From the NCBI RefSeq assembly GCF_009914755.1, contig NC_060925.1: 64,000 nucleotides of DNA; one strand, given 5' to 3'. The position numbers and the translations under genes were made by a program. Shown piece by piece: positions 1 through 17,452 of this stretch. Positions within the stretch are counted from its first letter, which is position 1. Each line of letters begins with the position of its first letter. Source of the stretch: the human T2T-CHM13v2.0 reference genome, Homo sapiens. The notes beneath the pieces are model-generated. The model had not been told where the DNA came from. It saw only the letters and a list, made by a program, of their open reading frames with translations, and ran no database searches.

Positions 1-826
1 TAAATTCCTCAAAGTTAAGTGTGGACTGGCATATCAGTTTCCGAAGTGAATGCCCAGACACAATGCACTTGGTAAGTATGACATTCACTTGCAAGTTCTT
101 CACTACAAATCTCCACATGAGCAAGACCTTTACACATCTCTCACAGTTGCTCATAAGAAAGACTGGCTTCATGACAGAAACTGGAGAGAGTCCCATCTGA
201 TGGAACAGGAGTGCAAGAGGTAGATCCTCCACAGCTAGGAACAGGCACAAAGCCTGAAGAGATTCCACAGGTCCTTTTCTGCTATGAAGCAGAGGTCCCT
301 GTAGAGAAAGCAGCAAACCCTTTTCTCCCCCAGGACATTTCCAAAATCTACCGTTGCCAGGATGAAGAAGTAACAACCCCCCACCCCAATTCCAGTGAGG
401 AAGAATATGGAAACCATTTTGGGCCTAGGATCCCACACTGATCCATCAAGCAGAAGTTTGCTACCATTGGCAAGGGCAAGGGGTGAGAAATTCCAACCCG
501 AGAACTACCACAAATATAAGACAAACTGGCTGCTACATGGAAGAGGGGAGGTAACACTGACAAAGCCACATCTATGAGGCCAGATACACCAGGTCCGCAT
601 AAGGCTGAGATGAGGGTGGATCAGGATAATAGCCCCTAGCACAATCCTAGCACCTAGTACCAAGCAACGGTATTCTACACTGTGGGTAAATTAGCTACCA
701 TTTTAAGACTCTAAAGCCTGTGGTACACCAAAGGTAATGACAACAACAATAAAAACCCAAGCTAGAGCCAAGTGCAGTGGCTGTGATTCCAGCACTTTGG
801 GAGGACAAGGCGGGAGGATCACATGA

Positions 827-1070
<244 letters not shown>

Positions 1071-1189
1071 TGAGATGGGGTTTTGCCATGTTGGCCAGGG
1101 TGGTCTTGAACTCCTGACCTCAAGTGATCCACCTGCCTCAGCCTCCCAAAATGCTGGGATTACAGGCGTGAGCTAGCTAGCTTAACTAA

Positions 1190-2730
1190 GCACCCAATAT
1201 CTCACGGTAAAGGCCTGAAGGAAGAAGTGGCGTGCCCATTTCCAAACATAAATGCTACTTATCTCAGTCTCTACTGTTCTTCTATACAATGTTCAACGCT
1301 TAATCAAAACTTAGGAGACACACATATAGAAAAAACCACCTTTAGTGAAGAGAAAAAAGCAATAAATACAACCAGATTCAGGGATGATACAGAAGCTAGA
1401 AAAATGAAGACAGTGATTTCTCTGTAATAATGATTAGTATGTTAAAGGACAGTGAAAAAGGAGACAACATACATGAATAGATGGGTAATTTCAGGAAGAA
1501 AAATTATTTTTAGATGGAAAATAATTTCAAAAGCTAAATGCAAATGCTAGAAATAAAAAATACAATGTCAGCAGACTGGGCCCAATTGATGAAAGAATCA
1601 ACGAACTTGGGCCAGGCACGGTGGCTCATACCTATAATCCCAGCACTTTGGGATTTGGGAGGTCAAGGTGGGTGGATCACCTGAGATCAGGAGTTCAAGA
1701 CCAGGCTGGCCAACATGGCAAAACCCCATTTCTACTAAAAATACAAAAACTAGCCAGGCATGCTGGTGCGCGCCTGTAATCCCAGCTACTCAGGAGGCTG
1801 AGTCACAAGAATCACTTGAACCCAGGAGATGGAGATTGCAGTGAGTCAAGATCATGCCACTACACTCCAGCCTGGGCAACAGAGTGAGATTCTGCCTCAA
1901 AAAAAAAAAAAAAATCAACGAACTTAAAGATACATTAAGATGTATCAACAGAAATTACTCAAACTACAACATAGGGAAGAAAAAAAAAAAAGAGGTTCCA
2001 CTAATGTGGGAAAGTATCAAATGGTATAATATATGTATAACTGGATTCACAGAAGAAAAAAGAGACTAAAAAAAAGAAATACTTGAGATAATGACCTAGA
2101 ATTTTCCAGAAAAAAAAAAAAAAAAATTCCAAACCACAGATCCAAGAAGTTTAGAGAAATCCTAAGCAAGGTAAATATAAAACAAACCAACAAACACACA
2201 AGCCTGGAAACATCAAAATCAAACAGCATGAAGGCAGCAAGAAGAAGAAAACAAAAAATTACATATACTTAAGTAAACAGGTAAGAATTACAGCAGACCT
2301 TGTGAGAAGCAATACGAGTCAGAAAACAATGACATTTGCACTACTTTAAAAGAGTGTGGCTGGGCATGGTGGCTCACACCTGTAATCCCAGCACTTTTGG
2401 CTGGAGGATAGCTTGAGCCGAGAAGTTTGAGACTAGCCTAGCCAACATGGCAAAACCCATCTCTACAAGAAACAGAAAACGTTGCCAGGTGTGGTCATGT
2501 GTGCCTGTAGTCCAAGCTACTTGGGAGGCTGAGGTGGGAGGATCACCTGAGCCTAGGAGGTCAAGGCTGTAGTAAGCCATGATCATACTACTGCACTCCA
2601 GCCTGGGAAACAGTGAGACACTGTCTCAAAAAAAAAATTTTTTTAATAATCAAAAAAAGAAAGAAAAATACTTGTCAACACAGAATTTTATATGAGGAAA
2701 AATATTTTTCAAAAATGAAGGCAATAGAAA
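1190..2730 (+). mobile_element. Ancient L1 (L1M-type) ORF1-region fragment split by Alus
   Basis: A-rich decayed ORF1-like motifs (cagatccaagaag, gaattacagcagac, ttcaaaaatgaagg). The Alu at 1609-1912 has TSD aatcaacgaactt at 1596-1608 and 1913-1925. Confidence 0.7.
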
Positions 2731-3625
2731 GATCAATATCATTAATATAAATAATGTTCTCCGTATCAAAGTAAACATATTGTTAGATATTTTTATTCAA
2801 AACTCAATAAACATAGCCAAAGTGATATTTGTCCTTGAAATGAGGTTTAAAAACTGAGAGATTCAAACATTTTCCTTAACATTCAAATAAAAATTTATCA
2901 TTTTCTAAACACCATTCTAAAAAAATCCTCCCTGTTAATTCAGATACTGCTTGTCCATCTATAGCTTGGAATGCTCTGGAGGAGCATTTTGTTGCTTTAA
3001 TTAAAGCAACAAAAAGAAAATTAAATAAGCCTAGGAAAAAATGCTGAATTAAAAAAAGAAAAGGTTCTTTCTGAATAGTGAAATTAGGGTTTGTCTCTTC
3101 ATAGCTTTTATTTGTTTTTGAAACAGAGTCTTGCTCTGTCACCCAGGCTAGAGTGCAGTGGTGCTCACCAGAGCCTGGATTTCTTGGGCTCAACTGATCC
3201 TCCCACCTCAGCCTCCCAAGTATTATAGCTAGGACCACAGGCATATGCCACCACACCAAGCATATTTTTTATTTTTTTGTAGAGATGGGGTGTCACTATG
3301 TTGTGTAGGCTGGTGTCAAACTCCTGGGCTCAAGCAATCCTCTCATCTCAGCCTCCCAAAATGCTAGAAGCACAGGCATGAGCTACCATGCCCAGCTTTC
3401 ATAGCTTTTAAAACTTCCAAATTTTCCTTTTTTAAAAAAATTTTTATTTTATCTTTTGGAGACAGGGTCTTGCTCTGTCACCCAGTCTGGAGTACAGTGG
3501 CATGATCTTGGCTCACTGCAACTTCCGCCTCCCAGGTTCAAGAGATTCTCCTGCCTCAGCCTCCCGAGTATCTAAAATTACAGGTGTGCACCACCACGCC
3601 CAGCTAATTTTTGTATTTTTAGTAG

Positions 3626-3808
<183 letters not shown>

Positions 3809-3832
3809 TGACAATGTAGCAGATTTAAATAA

Positions 3833-4195
<363 letters not shown>

Positions 4196-5217
4196 TTAAT
4201 GACTGTTGTCTATGCTATTGGTTTGGAGTCCCACTGGCTCCCTATAGGAGAGTGAAGATGCAACTATCAAAAAGGAAACATAGTCCTACCTTTCAGAATG
4301 TGGAAAATCTAAAAGGAGTAGCTTCTAGCTGACATATTCCACTCATTGACACTATCTCTAACAATTGAAGCTAATAACAGCAACTGTTTAAATTCAAAGG
4401 CCACAAATACTAAGGTTTGAAATATATCTGATACACTAAGACAGCACCCAGGATGATTCCGGGCACTTTATATACTCTAGTCCTCCCCTAGTCCTCCCCA
4501 TTATCCTAATAATCTAAGTATTGTCATTCTCATTTATAGATAAATAAGTATCATCAGAATTCAGATGCTTAAAGGTCACCATCATCACAATGTTCTCAGT
4601 CGTTGAACTGTACTTACTGCGGAGATTTACACCATGGATTTCAATGTCACTTGCTGCTTCTATGCTTACGCCTAAATATAGTAAAGCAGACCCTATTTAA
4701 TAAAATCTCACATTAGAATTTTACTTCACTGAGCAAAATAATTTTAAACAGTCTTATTCCTGCCCTTTATAAGATTAAAATCTTAACAGCTCAAAATATT
4801 GGGTATTAATACTAAGATTAGCTCTTTCAAACCTCACATTCCTGTATCTCAGTCATAATGAGACTTAATAACTCTCCAGAAATACAATGTTGGAGCTAAG
4901 TTCAGAAAATATCTTACAGGCTGAAAAAATATACACATGTCAAAATTGAGATTTAATAATTCCAATTTCTTCTTCAGCTGAAATAAAAAGACACCTAGAA
5001 AACTCAGCTATACATATATAGTAAATATAGAAATACACTGGGCTGGCCAGGTGTGGTGGCTCACACCTATAATCCCAACACTTTGGAGGGCCAAGGCAGG
5101 AGGATCACATGAGGTTAGGAGTTTAAGACCAGCCTAGCCAACATGGTGAAACCCCCATCTCTACTAAAACTACAAAAATTAGTCAGACATGGTGGTGCAC
5201 ACTTGTAGTCCCAGCTA

Positions 5218-5364
<147 letters not shown>

Positions 5365-5811
5365 CTAATGAATCCCAAATTCAGGATACCACTTATCTCT
5401 GGTGAAAGAGAGGAGCAAGTGATCAAGGAGGGTACATGCAAGAGACTTTAGTTACATTTTGTTTGTGAAGCCAGCTGATGAATGCATTGCTTTGCTATGT
5501 TATAGTGTATTTTTATATAGTACTATGCAGTGTTTTTTTTTTGTTTTATTCTCTAACAGTTACCAATCTCAGATATATATGCAATATTTTAAAATACAAT
5601 TGTTTTAGGTTTTCAAACCAGATGTGCCACTTTACATCTGCCTAAAACACAAACATAAATTTCACGTAATACATCATCATCATCATGTTACTATTATAGA
5701 TTCTAAGAAAAGAAATACGTCCCACCACATACACTAAATTTACACACAAATTCCATTCATGAGATGCAAATGCCTTTTGTAACAGAAGATATTTAAAACC
5801 CATTTTCATTA

Positions 5812-6186
<375 letters not shown>

Positions 6187-6559
6187 TTAAATGGGGTAAA
6201 AAATGAATAGTCCACACAGAATATTTTCATCAAATGTTAGTTATTACTACTGGCAAAAGCTAACCTATAAAGATGCAAAAATACAAGACCATGTGTCAGT
6301 ATTTAATAACACTAGAGTCCTCACATGTGGTCTTACTACTGATGGTGTACACATTTTCCAACTCCCAATTTGTAGAATAAGCCTGGGAATGAATTCATGT
6401 ATAACTAATATGGGTAATGTAACACACCCGGGTCCCAGACATATAATCAATCATGCCAGAGCTCCCTGTTATCAACAGAAAGACTTCTAATAATAAGTAT
6501 AGCATCTACTTTATTACTAGCATAGACAGACCCTTATGAAAGCAGAAACAAAGAACACA

Positions 6560-6857
<298 letters not shown>

Positions 6858-6973
6858 GAACACACTCCCTTGCCAAAGGGAAAAAAAAAGAACAGGCTGG
6901 GCATGGTGGCTCACGCCTGTAATCCCAGCACTTTGGGAGGCCCAGGCAGGTGGATCATGAGGTCAGTAGTTCA

Positions 6974-7294
<321 letters not shown>

Positions 7295-7482
7295 TTACCC
7301 ACACTTGTTAGTAGAGTAACTAACCCAGGAAGGAAATGGTATGAACCATCACAATACTGATAGGTATTGCCTGTCATATAGCTCTGCCTCTTCATCCTTT
7401 CCCTTGCACCTCAAATCTGCTCGTTCTGATTCTTTCTGAAAGCAGACAGAAAACAGTATTTACACTTGAATATATTACAGAA

Positions 7483-8115
7483 CTGCACTGTTCAATAGGT
7501 AGCCTCCAGGAACGCTGGGCTATTGAAGTCTTGAAATCTGGCTAGTGCAAGACAAGGTGTGCTGTTACTGTAAGTGTAAAACATACACTGAAGTGCAAAG
7601 GCTTAGTACAAAGAATGTAAAATACAGTATCTCACTAATAATTTTTATATGATGTCTTAATAATATTTTTATATATTGAGTCAAATATTATTAAAATTGA
7701 TTTTTCCTGTTTCTTTTTACTTTTTAATGTAGCTACTAGAAAATCTAAAATTACATGGGTGGCTCATATGATATTACTTTGCTTTTGTTTGTTTGTTTTT
7801 CCTTTTTTTTTTTTTGGAGACTAGGTCTCACTCTGTTGCTCAGGCTAGACTGCAGTGGCACAATCATAGTTCACTGCAACTTTGAACTCCTGGGCTAAAG
7901 TGATCCTCCTGCCTCAGCCTGATGACTACCTGGGGCTACAGGTGTGCACCACCACACTTGGCTAATTAATTTTAAATTTTTGTAGAGACGAGGTCTCACT
8001 ACACTGCTCAGGCTGGTCTCAAACTCTGGCTTCAAGCGATCCCGCCTCAGCCTCCAAATTGTTGGATTACAGGCATTAGACACTGCACCTGGTCTCAAAT
8101 TATATACTGGACACC
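7483..8115 (+). mobile_element. MER33 (hAT-Charlie) DNA transposon, interrupted by a minus-strand Alu at ~7790-8097
   Basis: Matches the recalled MER33 consensus (cttgaaatxtggctagt...ctgtttctttttactttttaatgtagctactagaaaat). Confidence 0.75.
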
Positions 8116-9359
8116 ATCATCTATGAAAAAAATTAAAATATATACATAATGCACCTCAGAAGTATTCAACAAAGTATAGCTGGCTAGGCATGGTGGCTCA
8201 TGCCTGTAATCCCAACACTTTGGGAGTTAGAGGCAGGAGGATCACTTGAGCCTTGGAGTTTGAGACCAGCCTGGGCAACATAGTAAGACCTTATCTTTAC
8301 AAAATTAAAAAATAATAATAACAATAATAGCCAGGCATGGTGGTACACACTTGTACTCCCAGCTACTCAGGAAGCTGAAGTGGGAGGATCACTTGAGCCT
8401 GGTGGTCAAGGCTGCAGTGAGCTACAATGGGCCACTGCACTCCAGCCTAAGCAACAGAAGACCCTGTCTCAAAAAAAAAAAAAAAAAGATTGTTAAATGT
8501 GAATCCCAGATTGAAACTTCAAAAATAATTAACTAAAGTAATCCATAATTAAATCTAAATGTAATATTTTTAAAAAGCAAACAAAGAAAAGACCTACGCT
8601 CTCAGAATCCTAACTACCTTGGGCACATTCATGGTGTGACAATGACACTCATTAACCCAACAAATTAAAACCACAACTCTACTTTTCTGAATTAACTGAT
8701 ATGGAGTAAAACTGTTCCTCCTCCTTTTGCACTGAATTACACTAGAAATAGCCCAGGTAACACAGTTCATCAAAGTCAGACCACAACATCAAACGTAAGC
8801 TCTTTGCATAAGAAACACAGAGGGGAAAATTTCAAAACATCCTGGAAACGCCATTAACTGTATTAATGCAATCCATTTAAATGACCTGTCCATCCATATT
8901 TATAGAATCAGTCCCCGAAGCTAAAAGTCAGAGCTCTGGCTCTTCACTGTCTAGAAAGAAGTCACGAAAATTAACTCAATAGGTACATGAATCACAATGA
9001 CCCAAGTCCCTCAAGAGTGACCTGAAGAAAAATGTGGAACAGAGTAAAAAATGCACAAGTTCACTCCAAACAAAAAAGAGAGAATTCCTAAGCCCTCCTT
9101 CCCCAAACCAAGGAGGTTGTACATGTCAGAAGGTTCAGCACAGACCAAACCAAAGGAAATATGAATGATCTTAATTAATATCAAGATGTCCTGTGGGGCA
9201 CAGTGGCTCACACCCATAATCCCACACCCTGGGAGACTGAGGCAGGTAGATCACTTCAGGTCAGTAGCGCAAGGCCAGCCTGGTCAACATGGCCAAACCC
9301 CGTCTCTACTAAAAATATAGCCAGGCATGATGGCACACGCCTGTAATCCCAGCTACTCA

Positions 9360-9461
<102 letters not shown>

Positions 9462-12030
9462 TCAAAAAAATAAAGAAAAAAAATCACTTCCTCATGGAAA
9501 AAAAATAGCTAAATACTATCATTGCCCATTAATTTGGGTTTTTTTGCTTTGTTTTTTCAGACAAAGTCTCACCCTGCCACCCAGGCTAGAATGCAGCAGT
9601 GTGATCACAGCTCACTGCAGCCTTGACCTCCTGGGCTCAAGCAATCCTCCTGCCTTGGCCTCCCAAAATGCTGGGATTACAGGCATGAGCTACCATGCCC
9701 AACTTAGTTTCTAACTTTGACCAATTAGATAACTGGTAATGAAATATTCCAAGTTCTAAGAAGATGTCAAGTACAACATGCTTGGTTTGCACTTTATCAG
9801 GTCCCAAAACAAATCCACTTCAAAGGGAAAAAACATCTTCCTCTACTCATTTGCCAAACCCTGTTTATACTATTACTCTAGAAAAGAAACTAAAAGAATA
9901 TATCCATTGAGAAATAATCAACTTATTTCTGGATCATGACAAGCCAAAAATCTTAACAAGAAGGCTGGGTGTGGTGGCTCACACCTGTAATCCCAGAACA
10001 TTGGGAGGCTGAGGCAGGAGAATCGCTTGAGGCCACGAGTTTGAGGCAGCAGTAAGCTACAATCTCACCACTGCACTCCAGCCTGGGTGACCGAGTGAGA
10101 CCCTGTCTCGGAAAAAAACAAAAAAAACTTAAACAATAGGCTCTAAATCCAACAATCAGCATCATGCTGGTAACTCAAAGCTTTCGAAAAAGGTATTGTG
10201 CAAATAACAAGGCAAAAACCAAGTTAATATCCTTTATATTATATGCAAGACCTAAATGAACTCACTACTGAGCATCCTAATTCTCTTAAGCTAGGGGTCT
10301 TAACTATATGGTATATCTAAAACTAAAGCTGCAAAATCTGATTCAGATCTATTTAATTTTTTTTAAGATGGGTTTCACTATGTTGCCAACTTAGAGTGCA
10401 GTGGCTATTTACAGCCACGATCATCACAAAAGACAGCCCTGAACACCTGGCCTCAAGCCAAACTCCTGCTTCAGCCTCCCGAGTAGCTAGGACTACAGGC
10501 CCACACTGGTCTATATAATTTAAACTACAAAACTGATTCCAACAGCTAGCACTGAGTACAACTATCCTAGCCTTACCCCATCCCTAGAATTATCCTGATT
10601 AAGACAGTATTTTCTTCCATTAGAAAAAAATGTAAAGGATTCCTTACTTGGGTCACCCAAGTCTAATGAAAATATTAACTAACTTTGCTCAGTGATTTAA
10701 AAAGTTAGCAAGCATTTCCCACATTCTTAAAAACCTTCTCCAGATTTGGTTGAGGCTGTCTTCTCTCTGTAACAGTATGTCATAATGTGTCTTTCTCAGG
10801 AAAATACAGTATTCTCTAGACATTTGTGGATAACCAACACAATAACAAAATCATCATGAAACTGATTTTCCAATTGCAAAGAAGGCAATAACCTACAGAA
10901 AAAACAGAATAGGAACAATAAAATGTTCTTCCTTTCACTAAAATTGAAGGTCCCAGTAGCATGGGCAAATTTTTTTTTTCTTTTTTGAGACAGAGTCTTG
11001 CTCTACTGCCCAGGCTGGAGTGCAGTAGCGTGATCTCAGCTCACAGCAACCTCAGCCTCCTGGGTTCAAGTGGGCCTCCCGCCTCAGCCCCCTAAATAGC
11101 TGGGACTACAGGAATGCACCACCATGCATGGCTAATTTCTGTATTTTTATTAGAGATGGGGTTTCACCATATGCCCAGACTGGTCTTGAACTGGCCTCAT
11201 TTGATCCGCCTGCCTTGGCCTCCCAAAGTGCTGGGATTATAGGCGTGAGCCACCACACCTGGCCTTGGCAAAATTATTTATGCAGCAGGTTATAAAAAGA
11301 TAAAATTAAAGTAAGCAGTTTTCAGCAATGGCTGATGTGAAGACTACTATTTGAAAACAAGACTATATTGTAAAAACTATACAAAATAGAACCTGAGAAA
11401 AGCAGACATATCCAGGGTTAGGAATGAAAAGCAGTTAATTACTTCCCTATTTTATAAACACTTTGAAGCTTCAATTACGTTCTTCACTGAAGGAACTAAG
11501 AGCAAAATAAGACTTGTTACCAGTTACTAAAATAAAAACCATCACTTTGAAAACATCTAAGGGAAAAATAACGTGTTCTAAAATAAAGTTTTCTGCACAT
11601 CAATTTGAGAATGACTTAATGAATGTGATAAATCCGTAACATATATATTTTTTAAATGAGAAAATTATATTATAATCATTACATTACAGTTTATATTTAT
11701 TCAGCTAAATATCTTGAACCAACTGTTCTAAGAACTTCACAAGTTAATGTTAACCCTCAAAAAAATCCTAGGAACAATTATAATTCCCATATTTCAAAAT
11801 AGAAAACCCCAGTGCACAGCAGCAATGCAGTCTGCCCAAGGTCATACTACATAAACGAAGAGGTGTCAACCAACTCCAACTGGGGCTCTTAACCACTCAC
11901 CAAACTGTTTCTCTTTCTGTGCCATGTTACAGAAGAATCTACAACACACTGAATGAAGAAGAAATGCTGTGGGATAGCATGTGTGTTTGAATTGAACATT
12001 ACCATTTCTATTTGAGAAAAATATTTTTTC

Positions 12031-12032
<2 letters not shown>

Positions 12033-12062
<30 letters not shown>
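12033..12062 (+). repeat. (TG)15 microsatellite
   Basis: Read directly from the sequence. Confidence 0.95.
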
Positions 12063-12070
<8 letters not shown>

Positions 12071-12307
12071 GTTCTATGTAAAAAAAAAAAGTGTGAGAAA
12101 GATTTTTATTTCAAAAGAACTTTTGTATTTTTTTCCTACCAAGAGAAAAAAAAAAAAAAAACAAGATCCTGCTTACTTAGTGATTACAACACTACAGTAT
12201 GTTTTCTATTTTACATTAAGAAAGTGAAGAAACAAGACAAAAAACAGATCCAACCCTGTAGGAGAGAAATGGTGCAGGGAATAGAAAAATGTTTTTAAAA
12301 TTTTCTA

Positions 12308-12439
<132 letters not shown>

Positions 12440-12887
12440 TTATAACTTAGTCAGCCGTGGTAGTGTGGGCCTGTAGTCCCAGCTACTAGAGAGGTTGAAG
12501 GGGAAGAATCGCTTGAGCCTGGGAAATCGACGCTGCAGTGAGCTGTGATTATGCCACCACGCTCCATCCAACCTGTGCAACAGAGCAAGACCCTGTCTCC
12601 AAAAAAAAAAACAAAATGCTAATCAGTACCACCCAAAGATTCAAGATAATATTTCCCTAATTTTGTTATAAAGAGAATTTAGCGTGGCACACTGGCATGT
12701 GCCTATAATCTCAGTCATTTCCAAAAAAATGGAGATAGATATGTATTACTGAAACATAAAGCTACTCAGGAGGCTGAGGTGGGAGGATCACTTGAGTCCA
12801 GGCATTTAAGGCCAGCCTAGGCAACACAGTTAGACCTCACCTCAGGGAAAAAACATGTATTAGGAATCTAAAAGTGGCTAATGGTCA

Positions 12888-13058
<171 letters not shown>

Positions 13059-13061
13059 CTA

Positions 13062-13190
<129 letters not shown>

Positions 13191-13618
13191 TTAAGTGGCT
13201 AACTAGAATACATGCAACAAAGCAAAATAATACAAAGTAAATACAAACAAAAATGAAGAAAAACAATAAAGATCTAAATGGAATCAGGAACCAAACCATT
13301 TAAAACTCATAATAGCTAACACTTAATTTCCACAACCTTTTTACCCACTTCATACTCTGACATACTTCCCTTCATACATTTTGATCTGCTTCTATAATTT
13401 ATCCCCAAAAATATCCATTCAAGTAAAAGAAGCTGTATAAAAATGTTGAGTGCAGCATGGTTCATAATATAAGAAAAACAGAAATAACTCAAGTAGATTA
13501 GAAAGAATTGCATAAAAATAAATTAAGCAGCATCCATAAGTAATTCTAGTCATTTCCAAAAAATGGAAATAGATATCTATTACTGAAACATAAAACTGTT
13601 ACTAAAGAAATTACATTA

Positions 13619-13768
<150 letters not shown>

Positions 13769-13771
13769 CTA

Positions 13772-13909
<138 letters not shown>

Positions 13910-13910
13910 T

Positions 13911-14066
13911 CAAGAAAGAAAGGAAAAAAATAAAGGAGAGGAGGGGAGGGGAGAGAGAAAGAGAGACAAAGAAAGAAAGAGAAAGGAGAGCAAAGGAAAG
14001 GAAGAAGGAGAAGAAGGAGAAAGAGAAGGAAAGGAAAGGAAAGGGGAAAAGGAAAAGAAAGAAAAC
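13911..14066 (+). repeat. GA-rich polypurine low-complexity tract (expanded Alu tail)
   Basis: Almost exclusively A/G immediately after an Alu 3' end. Confidence 0.85.
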
Positions 14067-15975
14067 TATAAAAGGATAACTAAGAAAGAATACTATAAAA
14101 CAGTATACAACATTTTAGTTAAAATTTAAAATGCTGTAATGGGCATAGAAAGTCTGGAGAAAGACTTCAAACAGTTAACCAAGGAGGTGTGCAACTACAG
14201 GGAATTCCATTTACTAACGTTATGTCTATAATGTACAGTAAGATACATTTATTTCTTCTGTAGCACAAAATAAATTTCATTATAATGAACAAATTATTAA
14301 ACATACAAAATATTTTTCAAAAATTTTTATTTATACACTTTGGGAGGCCGAGGTGGGCAAATCACTTGAGGCCAGGAGTTTGGGACCAGGCTGGCCAACA
14401 TGGCAAAACCCCATCTCTACTAAAAATATTTTTTAAATTACCTGGGTGTGGTGGCATGTGCCTGTAGTCCCAGCTACGCAGGAGGCTGAGGCACCAGAAT
14501 CACTTGAACCCAGGAGGTGGAGGCTGCCATAAGTCAAGATCATGCCACCGCACTCCAGCCTGGGTGACAGAGCATGACTCTGTCTCCAAAAAAAGAAAAA
14601 ACTTATTTATAAAAGAAATGAGGTCTCCCTAAGTTGCCCTGGCTGGTTTCCAACTCCTGGTCTCAAGGTTCATAGGCATGAGACACTATGCCAGACCCAA
14701 AATATTTTTTAAGAAAGCAAATAACTAAATGAAGCAATTTCATGTTTTTTGCCCCCTTGGCTTCTATTTTTTTGGTGCAAGCAATGTCATGTTTTAAGAG
14801 AGCTCTGATAGTCCAAATAGAGCTCCAAAAATTAATTCCAAGTATCTATGGGTAATCTTTGGGAGATAACATCCCTCCCATAACAATAACAGTTATCAGT
14901 TATCTGCTTCAATCTATTTATTTATTTATTTTGGAGACAGAGTCTCACTGTTGTGCAGGCTAAAGTGCGCTGGCACAATCATAACTCATTCTAGCCTCAA
15001 TCTTGAGGGATCCCCTTGAGGGAGCCTCCCACCTCAGCTCTTTGAGCAGCTAGGACTATAAACTAACACTACAGCAGCACACCCATCTTTTTTTTTTTTT
15101 TCGTAGAGATGGGGTCTCGCTGTGTTGCCTAGGCTGGTCTCAAACTCCTGGCCTCAAGCAATCCTTCCACCTTGGCCTCCCAAAGTGCTAGACTTACAGG
15201 CATGAGCCACTGGTTCCTGACCCTGCTTCAATCATTTTTATGGATGAAATACAACAGAACTCTTAAGAAATAAAAGCACCTTGGTACACTCTGAATAGTA
15301 GACAGGTTTAACAATGTTAAACTGAGCCTAAATAGTAAAATGGCTTTGTCTCAGGTCATAAAGTAAATTTTAATAGATTATAATAAACCACTGAAAGACA
15401 AAGAATGAGTCCCATCTTTCAAAAAGCCCACGAAGGTGCATTTTACCAGGCCAGATTTCTTTCTCATAAGCTTTCTACCTCCTAATCCTTGAAATAGAGG
15501 GTTCTCAAACTATGCAGATCTTGGTCACTAATATCAACACAGCAGAACACTAGAAGAGGTAACGCACGTACTGATAAGCATGTGCCTTGTTAAATAGTCT
15601 AATTCTCCAGAAAATGATTTTTGTTTTCTGCTAGCTAGAGTAATAACAGCATTGTTTCTTGGCCAGGCATGGTGGCTCATGCCTGTAATTCTAGCACTTT
15701 GGGAAGCCAAGGTGGGAGGACTGCTTGAGGCCAGGAGTTAAGAGACCAGCCTGGGCAACATAGCAAGAAAAAAAAAAATATGCCATTATTTCTTGAGTAC
15801 CAACCATATCTGTATCAGTGTATTTAGTATTTTGCATGGAGGGCTCATGTAATCCTCAGTACAACTTGTAAGGTATCATCAACTCTCTCATATAGACAAG
15901 GAAACCAAGTTCCAAAATGTTACATTAAGAGAATTGCCAAAGATGACATGACTACTTCTAGTAGAATCAGAGCTA

Positions 15976-16008
<33 letters not shown>

Positions 16009-17217
16009 CCCTAGGGTTTAACTCTCAAGTTTTGCTCTATCTTCTAAAACCAATGATCCGGACCAACATACCTCTTAAAAGTGTCCAGTTTATTTTATGC
16101 CTTTTTTTTTTTTAAGAGACAGGTTCTCACTATGTTTCCCAGGCTGGTCTCAAACACGTAGCCTCAAAGGATACTCCCACTCAGGCCCCTGACTCAGTGG
16201 GATTACTGGTTTGAGTCACCCCACCTAGCTATGCTACGTGTTTTATCAAATGGAATTCATTTGAAACAAAATTAAAAACTTATATACATTGTGATTTCCC
16301 TTAAAGAAAACATAAATATTCAAGTGTGAATGGTAAAGTCTCACCAAAACCATTCAGTTATCTAGTAGTCAATGTTAGGAATAAAATTTGGTTACTTACA
16401 AATCTCTATGGCAAAATCTAGCCAATATCACAAAATTCTCAAAGGCTAAAAATTACAGTAAATGGGCTGGGTGTAGTGGCTCATATCTGCAATCCCAGTG
16501 CTTTGGGAGGCCACCACAGGAGGATCATTGAGGCCAAATGTTTGAGACCAGCCTGGGCAACACAGCAAGACCTCATCTCTACAAAAAACATTTTTAAATT
16601 TCTTTTTTAATTAGCTGATTGTGGTGGGCACAGGACTGTAGTCCTAGCTACACAAAAAGCTGAGGCAGGAGGATCAACTCAGCCCAGGAGTTCGAGGCTG
16701 TAGTGAGCCAAGATTGTGCCACTACACTCCAGCCTGGGAAACACAGCAAGACCCTGTCTCCAAAACTAAAAAAAATTGAGGAGTAGAGGTTGGAGGATTA
16801 CTTGAGCCCAGGAATCGCAGACCAGTCTGAGCAACATAGTGAGACCCAGTCTCTACAAAAAAATGTTTTTAATTAGCCAGGCATAGGGGTGTGCACCTGT
16901 AGTCCTAGCTAATTGGGAGGCTGAGGCAGGAAAATCGCTTGAGCCCATGAGGTTGAAGCTGAAAGCTGAGGTGAGCCATGGCTACACCACTGAATTCCTG
17001 CCTGGGCAATACAGCAAGACCCTGTCTCAAAAACTTTAAAGTACAGTAAATGAAGGGCAAACATATGGCTATTAACAGTTAATTTCAATAACTAATGACA
17101 TACAAATCAGAAAGGCAATTTTATATTTAAAAAATATTAAAATTGGCTGGGCGGGGTGGCTCACACCTGTAATCCCAGCACTTTGGGAGGCCAAAGCAGG
17201 TGAATCAGCTGAGGTCA

Positions 17218-17452
<235 letters not shown>

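Noticed and set aside
1-640. Cluster of short ORFs at the window start
   Set aside because: No recognisable protein; more likely degraded old repeat (L1 5' region) upstream of the ORF1 fragment.
2871-2880. U12 branch-point-like TTTCCTTAAC
   Set aside because: It is on the plus strand, antisense to EIF4G3, so it cannot serve this intron.
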